From Nitrosopumilus sp. (GTDB lineage: Archaea > Thermoproteota > Nitrososphaeria > Nitrososphaerales > Nitrosopumilaceae), in assembly GCA_042138585.1 (NCBI GenBank), contig JBHITY010000001.1, forward strand, positions 1 to 42,141: DNA of 42,141 nucleotides, in the 5' to 3' direction. The notes below the pieces were generated by a model, which was not told where the DNA came from, did no database searches, and saw only the letters and a program-made list of their open reading frames with translations. Below, one piece after another: positions 26,473 to 35,247 of the stretch; the first letter of the stretch is position 1, and the number at the start of each line of letters is the position of its first letter. The translations under genes were made by a program, and so were the position numbers.

Positions 26473-27837
26473 TTAGGCTTCAGGATAATCATCATTTGGA
26501 TGAGATTTTTTGAAATTGTTCATCTCATCTTCAAAAAAGAATTTATCAGTTAGTGCTGGTTTAAGATCATCTAACCAGATTGCATTTTCATCATATTTTG
26601 CAAAGAATGGCACTTGCACCCAGTCAGGATTTCTACCCTGTAAAAATCTCAGAACAATTACTTTTTGATCACTTAGTTGCGCAGTTCCTATAACATGCAC
26701 TTTTCCAGGGGTTGCAGACATACTAGGTCCACGTACAGTTCGTGCTAATCCACTTACCGAAGAATATGCTTTTCTAAAGATTTCATATGCTCTGACTAAA
26801 GGCACGCCAAAGTAATGTTGTGCGCCCGTATCTCTTACAACAAACATGTAGTAAGGAATACAACCAAGTTGAACCTGTTTTGTCCACATTTTTGCCCACA
26901 TTTCTGCATCATCATTGATATGAGCTAAAATGGGTGATTGGGTTCTAATCTGAGCACCAGTTTTTCTTATTTCTTTAATTGCAGATTTTACAGCATCAGT
27001 TGATAATTCATTTAGATGATTAAAGTGAGCCATAAATGCAAGATGTAATCCGTTGTCAGAAATCTTTTTGAAAACTTCCAGCATTTCTTGAGAATCTGAA
27101 TCAGTCAAAAATTTGTAAGGCCAATAAGAAAGAGCCTTTGTTCCAATTCTGATAGTTTTGAGATTTGGTAATTTTGCTTCAAGTAATGCATCAACATATT
27201 TTGAAAACATTTTAGCTTTCATGATCATTGGATCACCGCCAGTGAAAAGAACATCAGTAATTTCAGGATGTTCTGAAACATATTGGACAAGTTGTTCTCC
27301 TTCCTGCATTGCAAATTTCATTTCATCCATTCCTACAAACTGTGGCCATCTAAAACAAAAACTACAATATGCATGACATGTCTGGCTTTGACTAGGGAAG
27401 AATAGACAGGTTTCTTTGTATTTATGTTGCATTCCATACAATTTTGTACCATCTTTTAGGGATGGAACATTCAATTCCATTTGACCAGCAGGATGAGGAT
27501 TAAGTTGTAAACGAATTTCATTTGCAACGTTTGCTATTTCCTTTTTATCAGAAGTATTTTTTAGAGTATTTTCCATTTTTGCATAATGTTCTGGTTTTAA
27601 CATTCCTTTCTGAGGGAATGTAAGAACATACATTGGATCAATTGGGATGTTATTCCAATCAATTAATTGTTCAACAACATAGTTGTTTGCTTTAAATGGT
27701 AAAACATTTCCCACAACTTCCATTTCAAATTGTTTTTCTTCAGAAATATTCTGAATCTGTGGAAGATCACGAAAATTTGATAGTGTATATGATTTTAGTG
27801 AAGGAGAGTCATCCCAAACTGATTCTACATAGGTCAT
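26473..27837 (-). CDS. KamA-family radical SAM/PLP amino-acid 2,3-aminomutase
   Basis: GMQHKYKET, CHAYCSFCFR (CxxxCxxC plus Arg), LFTGGDPM, IRIGTK, HFNH, PYYMF, TPGK (PLP Lys). Confidence 0.92.
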   Translation of the reverse strand: MTYVESVWDDSPSLKSYTLSNFRDLPQIQNISEEKQFEMEVVGNVLPFKANNYVVEQLIDWNNIPIDPMYVLTFPQKGMLKPEHYAKMENTLKNTSDKKEIANVANEIRLQLNPHPAGQMELNVPSLKDGTKLYGMQHKYKETCLFFPSQSQTCHAYCSFCFRWPQFVGMDEMKFAMQEGEQLVQYVSEHPEITDVLFTGGDPMIMKAKMFSKYVDALLEAKLPNLKTIRIGTKALSYWPYKFLTDSDSQEMLEVFKKISDNGLHLAFMAHFNHLNELSTDAVKSAIKEIRKTGAQIRTQSPILAHINDDAEMWAKMWTKQVQLGCIPYYMFVVRDTGAQHYFGVPLVRAYEIFRKAYSSVSGLARTVRGPSMSATPGKVHVIGTAQLSDQKVIVLRFLQGRNPDWVQVPFFAKYDENAIWLDDLKPALTDKFFFEDEMNNFKKSHPNDDYPEA

Positions 27838-27968
27838 TTAGTAAATAGTATGTTTACCCTTGTTAAAGGTTACAGGCTCAACACGCACAAAATTTTTCTA
27901 TAAATTATGATAAGATGCCTTAACGTTTGTATTCTAGGACGCGGATTGTAGTAAGATAGTGATTAGTT

Positions 27969-29711
27969 ATGGCTGAAGAAGAATTATCTCAAATTTCAGT
28001 AGGAGAATTTGAAACTGTTTCACAGATCCTGGCATCCTCTGAATCACTTCAATTTGCATTTATGGTAATGATAGTGGGAATTATTGGGATTGTAATTGGA
28101 TATAGAAAATTTTCATTTTGGGTGGGTTCTCAAAAATTCTACTATAAGAGACCGCATTTCTCAAGATTTCTAAGAAGGGCTGTACTGCCTTTTTTTGCAA
28201 TTGCATTAATTACAACAATTAATGTTCATATTCAAACTGGACTTTTGTTAGAAGAAGATATTGCAGTGGTAGGTAGTCAAAATGTATCACCTCAGGAAAT
28301 TTTTGCTAAAATTCTCAATACTTTCAATATTCTTGTGATTGGTTATACCATATCACATCTTATTCCTATAGCTCTTACCAAACGCGATAAATCAATTTTA
28401 GAAAAAGAGGACTTTGATGCCTGGTTTGAAATGCGTGGATTTGTTGATGATGAAGATGATCTGTTCCATAAATTGTACAAATGGGTTCCACCAAAAATTA
28501 CACCTGAAGATATTACTGAAGAAGAATTCCAAGAAATGTTAAAGTCAAAAGAAGGGATGTTAAAACTAGAGCAATTTAGGACCATAAAAGGAAATCCTAT
28601 TGGAGGATATGAAAAATTAGTAGATAATCCATTTGAAGAGTGGAAGAAATCAGAACGTGCAAAATATGAAAAATATTACCAAAATTGTATTACAGGTAAC
28701 AATCAATCTGGAAGAAAATTAAGACCAGGGGCAAAACCAGATGAAATATTTCCAATTGATGTATGGCGAGAAGAAAAGAGAACACATAGTTATGAACCGA
28801 TTATTCCAAGCAACCGTCCTCCAGGATATGCAAAAAAGAAACAAGAGGGAATTCCAAGATCAGCAAAACAGATTCTTCCAATTGGTATTTTTATTGCAAC
28901 AATTTTAGGAGTTGTTGCCTGGTGGGGAGTTGATTTAATTGTATTAGCTACTGCTACAGGTGGACTAGCAATTGGTTTAGGTTTAGCACTACAAGAAACA
29001 ATGCAGAATTATTTTGCTTACATTTTGATTCGAAAAGACAAGATATTCGTTGAAGGTGAGCGTGTAAAACTTGATACAGGATATAATGGATATGTGCATA
29101 AAATTACTCCTAGAGTAACTTACGTTAGAGATGCATTAAACGAATCAATGGCAATAATTCCAACAAGACAACTAGTTAGTGCACAGATTGTAAATTATAC
29201 ACAAGGAGTAAAGATGGTACCTGCAATTGTTGATGTAGGTGTTTCTTATCTAAATGATCCAAAACAAGTTTCAGCAATTCTTGTTAAAGTAGGAAAACGT
29301 GCAATGAAAGAAGTTGTTGATTCTAAAGGAAGACATTTAATCACACAAAGAAGATGTCCATACCTAGATAAAAACAAACAAAGTTGTGGTTGTGATAAGG
29401 ACATACATGTAGACATTAATCAACCCGTCGTACGATTTAATCAGTTTAATGACTCTTCATTAGATTTCTCAGTATGGGTATATGTTAGAGATTATGGAGC
29501 TCAATTCAAAACAAAAACAGACATGAGAATTATAATGTATGAGGAATTCAAGAGATACGATATTAGAATTCCATGGCCAATTAGAACTGTCTACCAAGGA
29601 GATGAAAAACGTGAACAAGAAGAGATTGACAGACTTAAGGAAGATAGAAAGAAGGTTATTGAGGAATATGGAACAGGCGACATTGGTCGTGGAAGTGGCG
29701 AAGACGAGTAG
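27969..29711 (+). CDS. MscS-family mechanosensitive channel with large insertions
   Basis: GLAIGLGLALQETMQNYFA (TM3), FVEGERV, GYVHKI, IIPTRQL, VGVSY, FNDSSLDF, IRIPWP. Confidence 0.92.
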   Translation: MAEEELSQISVGEFETVSQILASSESLQFAFMVMIVGIIGIVIGYRKFSFWVGSQKFYYKRPHFSRFLRRAVLPFFAIALITTINVHIQTGLLLEEDIAVVGSQNVSPQEIFAKILNTFNILVIGYTISHLIPIALTKRDKSILEKEDFDAWFEMRGFVDDEDDLFHKLYKWVPPKITPEDITEEEFQEMLKSKEGMLKLEQFRTIKGNPIGGYEKLVDNPFEEWKKSERAKYEKYYQNCITGNNQSGRKLRPGAKPDEIFPIDVWREEKRTHSYEPIIPSNRPPGYAKKKQEGIPRSAKQILPIGIFIATILGVVAWWGVDLIVLATATGGLAIGLGLALQETMQNYFAYILIRKDKIFVEGERVKLDTGYNGYVHKITPRVTYVRDALNESMAIIPTRQLVSAQIVNYTQGVKMVPAIVDVGVSYLNDPKQVSAILVKVGKRAMKEVVDSKGRHLITQRRCPYLDKNKQSCGCDKDIHVDINQPVVRFNQFNDSSLDFSVWVYVRDYGAQFKTKTDMRIIMYEEFKRYDIRIPWPIRTVYQGDEKREQEEIDRLKEDRKKVIEEYGTGDIGRGSGEDE

Positions 29712-29750
29712 TTTTCTCAAAACTTAAGAATCCCATTAATTCACATTTTC

Positions 29751-30629
29751 TTGTTGAGTAGACTATCAGTTATTTGTGGAAAGGCATCTGAAGATCTAGG
29801 GAGAAAACTAGCTAGAAAGATTAAAGCAAATTTAGTAAAATCAGAAGTAAGAGTTTTTCCAGATGGAGAAAGTAAGATAACACTCAAGGGAAATATATCC
29901 AAAAGAAAATCAATCGTTGTTCAATCAATTTATCCACCTGTTGATACAAATCTCATTCAAGCATTATCATTAATTTCAAAAGCTAAAGAAAATTCATCTG
30001 AAGTAGTTGTTGTTGTTCCTTACATGGGTTATGCAAGACAAGACAGGGAATTTCTACCAGGAGAGATCGTAACTATGAAAGTTATGGCAAAATTGTTTAA
30101 AGGCGCAGGAGCATCAAAGCTAATCGCTGTAGATATTCACAGCTTGATTGGGCTCAAATATTTCACTATAAAATCCAAAAATGTTTCAGCTGTCTCAGAT
30201 TTGGCTTCATATTTCAAAAAAATGAGCCTAAAAGATCCATTAGTTGTCTCTCCTGATCAAGGTGGAAAAGAAAGAGCAAAAAAATTTGCCAAGGAAATGG
30301 GAATAGAATTCATTGCGTTACAAAAGAAGAGAGATAGAAAGACAGGCAAAGTACAGATTAAGACAAAAGAAGCTGATGTGATAGGACGTGATCTAATTTT
30401 AGTTGACGATATGATCAGTACTGGTGGAAGTATAGTTAATGCAACAAAATTTCTTAAAAAAGAAAGATGCAAAAGAGTTTTTGTGGCATGTACACATGCA
30501 TTGTTGATGAATGATGCTGAAAAGAAAATAAAGAAATCCGGAGTTACAAAAATTGTAAGCGCAAATACAATTCCAGGTAAAACATCAATTGTTGATGTCT
30601 CAAATACAATTGCAAAGGCAATAGTATAA
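29751..30629 (+). CDS. prs: ribose-phosphate pyrophosphokinase
   Basis: FPDGE, PYMGYARQD, VDIHS, SPDQGG, VDDMISTGGS. Confidence 0.96.
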   Translation: MLSRLSVICGKASEDLGRKLARKIKANLVKSEVRVFPDGESKITLKGNISKRKSIVVQSIYPPVDTNLIQALSLISKAKENSSEVVVVVPYMGYARQDREFLPGEIVTMKVMAKLFKGAGASKLIAVDIHSLIGLKYFTIKSKNVSAVSDLASYFKKMSLKDPLVVSPDQGGKERAKKFAKEMGIEFIALQKKRDRKTGKVQIKTKEADVIGRDLILVDDMISTGGSIVNATKFLKKERCKRVFVACTHALLMNDAEKKIKKSGVTKIVSANTIPGKTSIVDVSNTIAKAIV

Positions 30630-31576
30630 TGCCAGAAAGTTTTTTTGTATTATCTAAAGAATATTTAGAAATTGCAATAGACGAGGTAATTGCAATAGCA
30701 AAAAGTTTTGATAGATTTTCTAAAATTAGTATTATTTCAAATTTAGTAATTGTTCAATCTAAAACTAATTGGTATGAAATTTCAAAGAGAGCAACATTTG
30801 TAAAAACCTCAGGACAAATATTACGAAAAATGTCAGGATTATTTTTAGATGAAGGTAATTTTGAAATATTAAAAAATGCAAAAACATTTGTTTGTAGAAT
30901 TATTAATTTGTCTTCAAATCAGTTTGATATACCAGAATTAGAGAATTCTATGGGCGATATGATTTCAAAATTCTCTAATGCAAAAGTTAAACTTGAAAAT
31001 CCAGATATCACAGTCTATCTAATTTTTACAAAAAAAGAAAATTTTTTTGGATTTTCTAAAATCATAAACGAGAAAAAGAGACCAAAAAAGGTAATATCAC
31101 AGCCTCATGAATTAGATTGGAAATTAACAAAGGCAATGATCAACCTAATTGGATTAAAAAAAGGAGAAACAGTTTGTGACCCATTCTGTGGAACAGGTAC
31201 CACACTTTTAGAAGCTGAATCAATGGGAATTCATGGAATTGGTTTAGATTTTGATGAAAAAATGGTGGAAATCACAAAAAAGAACCTTAAAGAAAATGGA
31301 TACAAATCAAAAGTAGTTCATTCAGATTTTCAAGAAATTAAGAACATGGCTGATGAATTTGATGGAATTGTAACAGATTTTCCATATGGAAAAAATACTA
31401 AAACATCAGATAAACCTGAAGAGATCATTAAGAGATTTGTGAGTATTGTGCCAAAAAGAAAGAAGATGGCCATAATGTACAAAAAGGAATTCGGAGACAA
31501 ACTGAAACTAAAAGGATTAAAAAAATATCAAATCTATAGGCATAAAAGCTTGACAAGGACAATTCTGATAAAATGA
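30629..31576 (+). CDS. THUMP-linked tRNA methyltransferase (Trm11/TrmG10-like)
   Basis: VCDPFCGTGT SAM motif, VTDFPYG, N-terminal THUMP-like region. Confidence 0.8.
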   Translation: MPESFFVLSKEYLEIAIDEVIAIAKSFDRFSKISIISNLVIVQSKTNWYEISKRATFVKTSGQILRKMSGLFLDEGNFEILKNAKTFVCRIINLSSNQFDIPELENSMGDMISKFSNAKVKLENPDITVYLIFTKKENFFGFSKIINEKKRPKKVISQPHELDWKLTKAMINLIGLKKGETVCDPFCGTGTTLLEAESMGIHGIGLDFDEKMVEITKKNLKENGYKSKVVHSDFQEIKNMADEFDGIVTDFPYGKNTKTSDKPEEIIKRFVSIVPKRKKMAIMYKKEFGDKLKLKGLKKYQIYRHKSLTRTILIK

Positions 31577-32472
31577 AACTTGTATTTCTTGGAACTTCAG
31601 CCGCCCAACCAACTGAGAATAGAGGATTATCATGCATATGTTTAGAGAGAGAAGGAGAAGTTCTCATGTTTGATGCAGGTGAAGCAGCACAGATTTCATA
31701 TATGAAATCAGGATTAGGTTGGAATAAAAAAATGAAAATATTTGTAACACATCTTCATGGAGATCATTGTGTAGGAATTTTAGGTCTATTACAGACAATG
31801 TCTATGCAAAATAGAACAGAACCATTAGAAATTTTTGGACCTAGTGGAATTGAAGAGTTTATTGCAGCAAACATTAAGGTCTTAAATTTTGGATTACCAT
31901 TTCCAATTTTAATTAATACAATAAAAGATGAAAAAATTTTTGAGGATGAAAAATTTTCAATTACTACATGTAAAGCAAATCATTCTATTGTTGCATTTTC
32001 GTATTTGTTTGAAGAAAAAGATAAGCCAGGTAGATTCAATGTTGAAAAAGCGAAGGAATTAGGAATACCTGAAGGTGAATTATGGAATAAGCTACAAAAT
32101 GGAAGTGAAATTACAATAAATGAAAAAATAATAAAACCAGAACAAGTGCTAGGAGAAAAACGTCCAGGTAAAAAAATAGGAATTTCTGGAGATACAATGC
32201 CTACAAAAGAGTTAGAGGAATTTTTTGAAGAATGTGATTATCTTGTATTTGATTCAACATTTCTTGAAGCAGAAAAACAAAAGGCTCAAGATACATGTCA
32301 CTCAACTGCAAAACAGGCTGCAACAGTAGCAAAAAATGCAAGAGTAAAGAATCTAGTATTAACACATTTTTCAGCAAGATATAGAGACGAAGTAGAACAT
32401 TTGAAGGAAGCTAAAGAAATTCATGATTCAGTAATTACTGCAAGGGATCTTTTGGAAATAGAGATCAAATAA
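31573..32472 (+). CDS. rnz: ribonuclease Z
   Basis: FLGTSAAQP, THLHGDH, exosite GIPEGELW, SGDT, HST, THFSARY. Confidence 0.96.
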   Translation: MKLVFLGTSAAQPTENRGLSCICLEREGEVLMFDAGEAAQISYMKSGLGWNKKMKIFVTHLHGDHCVGILGLLQTMSMQNRTEPLEIFGPSGIEEFIAANIKVLNFGLPFPILINTIKDEKIFEDEKFSITTCKANHSIVAFSYLFEEKDKPGRFNVEKAKELGIPEGELWNKLQNGSEITINEKIIKPEQVLGEKRPGKKIGISGDTMPTKELEEFFEECDYLVFDSTFLEAEKQKAQDTCHSTAKQAATVAKNARVKNLVLTHFSARYRDEVEHLKEAKEIHDSVITARDLLEIEIK

Positions 32473-32474
32473 GC

Positions 32475-33191
32475 ATGTTTGAATCAATTAAAGATCAAAT
32501 TGGGAATTTAAAGAAGATTGTTTTTGTGACTGGAGCAGGGATCTCGCAAGAGAGTGGAATACCCACATTTAGAGGAAAAGACGGTCTCTGGAGAAACTAT
32601 GATGCTATGAAATTAGCCACAATTGACGCATTTTATGAGGATCCAAAATTAGTTTGGGAATGGTATAATGAGCGAAGACAAAATATTTTTTCAGCAGAGC
32701 CGAATCTAGGGCATAAGGCAATTGCAGAACTTGAAAAATTTGTGGAAGTTGTTGTTCTTACACAAAATATAGATGGATTACATCAAAAAGCTGGAAGTAC
32801 CAAAGTTTTGGAATTACATGGAAGTATTGTAAAAATAAAATGTACTGTTTGTGATTTTAATGATGAAATAATGACAGATTTTTCAGAAAATCCACCTTTA
32901 TGTAAGTGTGGAAATATCTTGAGACCAGATGTAGTTTGGTTTGGTGAATCTCTTCCACAAGATGTTTGGGAAAAAGCAATAATTCATGCAAATCAATGTG
33001 ATCTGATGATTATTGCAGGAACATCACTTGTCGTATCTCCTGCAAATACTTTACCAATATATGCAAAACAGAATGATGCAATGTTAATAGAAGTTAATCC
33101 AGAAAATACTGAAATGTCATCACAGATGGATCTTACAATAAGAGACACTAGTGCAATTGCATTACCAAAATTTGTTTCACTATTCAAATAA
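32475..33191 (+). CDS. cobB: Sir2-family NAD-dependent deacylase
   Basis: TGAGISQESGIPTFRG, TQNIDGLH, ELHG, Zn Cys pairs, RPDVVWFGE. Confidence 0.95.
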   Translation: MFESIKDQIGNLKKIVFVTGAGISQESGIPTFRGKDGLWRNYDAMKLATIDAFYEDPKLVWEWYNERRQNIFSAEPNLGHKAIAELEKFVEVVVLTQNIDGLHQKAGSTKVLELHGSIVKIKCTVCDFNDEIMTDFSENPPLCKCGNILRPDVVWFGESLPQDVWEKAIIHANQCDLMIIAGTSLVVSPANTLPIYAKQNDAMLIEVNPENTEMSSQMDLTIRDTSAIALPKFVSLFK

Positions 33192-33209
33192 AATTTCAAT
33201 TAAAAAATT

Positions 33210-33608
33210 TTAAAAGAAATTCCAATCACTAAATGTTTTTTTAATTGATTCTAATGGATTGAAGTCTGTAATTGCTTTTTGTGATGATTCTTTTACATCA
33301 GAAATTTCATCTTGTATTGCTTTTTGTGATGATTCTTTTACATCAGAAATTTCATCTTTAATTTTTTCTCCCACTTCAGTTATTTCGTTTGTAATTGCAT
33401 TGGTTGTCTTTTCTGTAATTTTATCAACAGAATCATCAATTCGCTGCTCAACAGAATTTACAGTTTTTGAACTAAGATTAGTCACATCATCTTTTATCGA
33501 ATCAATAACGGTTGCAGAAGTTGATGGGAATAGAGTGTCGATTTCATTTGAGAAAATCATTCCTCCCAGAACAATTATGCCTGCAATTATGCCTAATTTT
33601 ATGAACAT
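33210..33608 (-). CDS. membrane-anchored coiled-coil protein with an internal 15-aa duplication
   Basis: N-terminal TM; DEISDVKESSQKAI occurs twice. Confidence 0.7.
   Translation of the reverse strand: MFIKLGIIAGIIVLGGMIFSNEIDTLFPSTSATVIDSIKDDVTNLSSKTVNSVEQRIDDSVDKITEKTTNAITNEITEVGEKIKDEISDVKESSQKAIQDEISDVKESSQKAITDFNPLESIKKTFSDWNFF
33271..33358. repeat. 45-bp-period in-frame tandem duplication
   Basis: 43 identical nt at 33271-33313 and 33316-33358. Confidence 0.9.
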
Positions 33609-33682
33609 TTCCTAATTATTTTAAAAAATGGATTTTAGATTCATACTAAAAAAAATAGTCAAAAATGATTGAATTTTCTTAG

Positions 33683-34090
33683 CTAATTTTCATCCCCATA
33701 CACAAACCAATCAATTATTTCATCAATTTTCGATGAAGTGAGAATGACTTTGATTGGACCCAGTGGAGATTCTTCAGATTCTTCACAAATGGCTATTTTT
33801 TCTACGAATGCAGCTTGCTTGTTCAGATAAAACCACGTAGAATCATTTTTTAGATTTTTTTGAAGATTTCTTCTGTATGTTTTTTGAGATTGTTTTGAAT
33901 GAACCACTTCGTAAATTTTTTCTAAAGAAGTCAGATCTTTGGATTCTGCTGAAATTGAATAATTTTCAGTTTTAATCTTAGCATATGGAAAAATATTAGA
34001 AATTGATTTTTTTGTTTTATCTAGATCTTCTGAAGGATTTACTGCACAAAACATTTCGATTTTACAATTAATGTTTGGAATTTTCATCAT
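33683..34090 (-). CDS. DUF54/UPF0201-family putative RNA-binding protein
   Basis: NPSED.K.K..I.NIFP, LNKQAA, ESPLGPI; ATG at 34090 overlaps the upstream stop. Confidence 0.85.
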   Translation of the reverse strand: MMKIPNINCKIEMFCAVNPSEDLDKTKKSISNIFPYAKIKTENYSISAESKDLTSLEKIYEVVHSKQSQKTYRRNLQKNLKNDSTWFYLNKQAAFVEKIAICEESEESPLGPIKVILTSSKIDEIIDWFVYGDEN

Positions 34091-34632
34091 ACCCAACTTT
34101 GGATGATTTCATATGCAGATTCTATCAATTCCTCTTTAGTTAACCCAATGTTTGAAATTGCATAATCAGATAATGCAATTGAATTACTAATTCCAACTCC
34201 TAATTCACGATTATCTCTTTCATCAAAATGTTCTTTTGTTTGAGGATCATCTGATCTTCCTCTCTTTTGTAGAAAATCGAATCTTGTATCAGTTGATGCA
34301 TGAATAGCTAATAATTTTACATTTCCAATTTTTTTTAAGACTTCAATTTCATCATTTGAACGAACGCCATCAATTAAAATTACATTAGAAGAAGATGATT
34401 CAATTTTTGGTTTTATCAATTCAGCTACTGCACCAGGGCCATTTTTTTCTCTAAGTTCAATCATTAATTTTCCAAGATTTGATCTTGATGGTTCCAGATT
34501 TCTTTTTTTGGCTTCCTCTCTTACTTCATTTCCCATATTGACTACATCATAGCCTTTTGGTTTTAGCCCTTCAGCAATAGTGGATTTTCCAGCACCTGGC
34601 ATGCCTGTCAAACACACAATTAGTTTTGTCAT
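34087..34632 (-). CDS. UPF0200-family P-loop kinase (dephospho-CoA/NMP kinase-like)
   Basis: GMPGAGKS, IDGVRS, RGRSDD, RDNRELGVG. Confidence 0.88.
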   Translation of the reverse strand: MTKLIVCLTGMPGAGKSTIAEGLKPKGYDVVNMGNEVREEAKKRNLEPSRSNLGKLMIELREKNGPGAVAELIKPKIESSSSNVILIDGVRSNDEIEVLKKIGNVKLLAIHASTDTRFDFLQKRGRSDDPQTKEHFDERDNRELGVGISNSIALSDYAISNIGLTKEELIESAYEIIQSWV

Positions 34633-34704
34633 TGTATATCAAAAACTAAACTCGTCTATGAAGCTACCGGAAATTATTATAAAGATACATCAAGGAAAAT
34701 TGTA

Positions 34705-35247
34705 ATGCGAACTTTTGTTGCAATTGAGATTTCAGAAAATGATGTAAAAAAATCTATTAAAGATTTTCAAAATAAATTACAAATTAATGCAAAGCCGATA
34801 AATTCCGATCAATTACATTTTACATTGCAATTTTTGGGAGAGATTACTGAAGAACAAATACAAAAGGTAATTGAATCACTACAAACAATCGAGTTTTCTG
34901 AATTTACTATAAACTTGAAAGGAGTAGGTGCATTTCCTAAACCAAAATTTCCACGAGTAATTTGGGTTGGAACAGATGAAGAAGGAGGGAAAAACCTGAT
35001 TGAATTGGCAAAAAAAGTGGAAAATGTGCTTAAACCCCTAGGATTAATTTCTGATAAACCATTCAAACCACACATTACAATATTTAGAATTAAAAAGAAG
35101 ATTGGAGATATAACAGAGGATTTGAATAAACAAAGAGTTACAGATTTTGGAATGCAAAAAATTTTTAGTATTAAATTAAAGAAAAGTGAACTTACACCTG
35201 AGGGGCCGATCTATTCTGATTTAGAGGAGGTACTTGCCGTAAAATGA
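34705..35247 (+). CDS. thpR: RNA 2',3'-cyclic phosphodiesterase (2H family)
   Basis: MRTFVAI, HFTLQFLG and PHITI (two HxT motifs), PRVIW. Confidence 0.93.
   Translation: MRTFVAIEISENDVKKSIKDFQNKLQINAKPINSDQLHFTLQFLGEITEEQIQKVIESLQTIEFSEFTINLKGVGAFPKPKFPRVIWVGTDEEGGKNLIELAKKVENVLKPLGLISDKPFKPHITIFRIKKKIGDITEDLNKQRVTDFGMQKIFSIKLKKSELTPEGPIYSDLEEVLAVK

Noticed and set aside
26473-27837. Assignment as kamA/ablA (lysine 2,3-aminomutase) or epmB
   Set aside because: The lysine-binding Asp positions appear substituted, and there is no ablB, lysine-fermentation gene or efp/epmA nearby; the gene symbol is withheld.
27841-27857. GTAAA-N7-TTTAC inverted repeat in the aminomutase/mscS spacer
   Set aside because: Five-base AT-rich arms are expected by chance.
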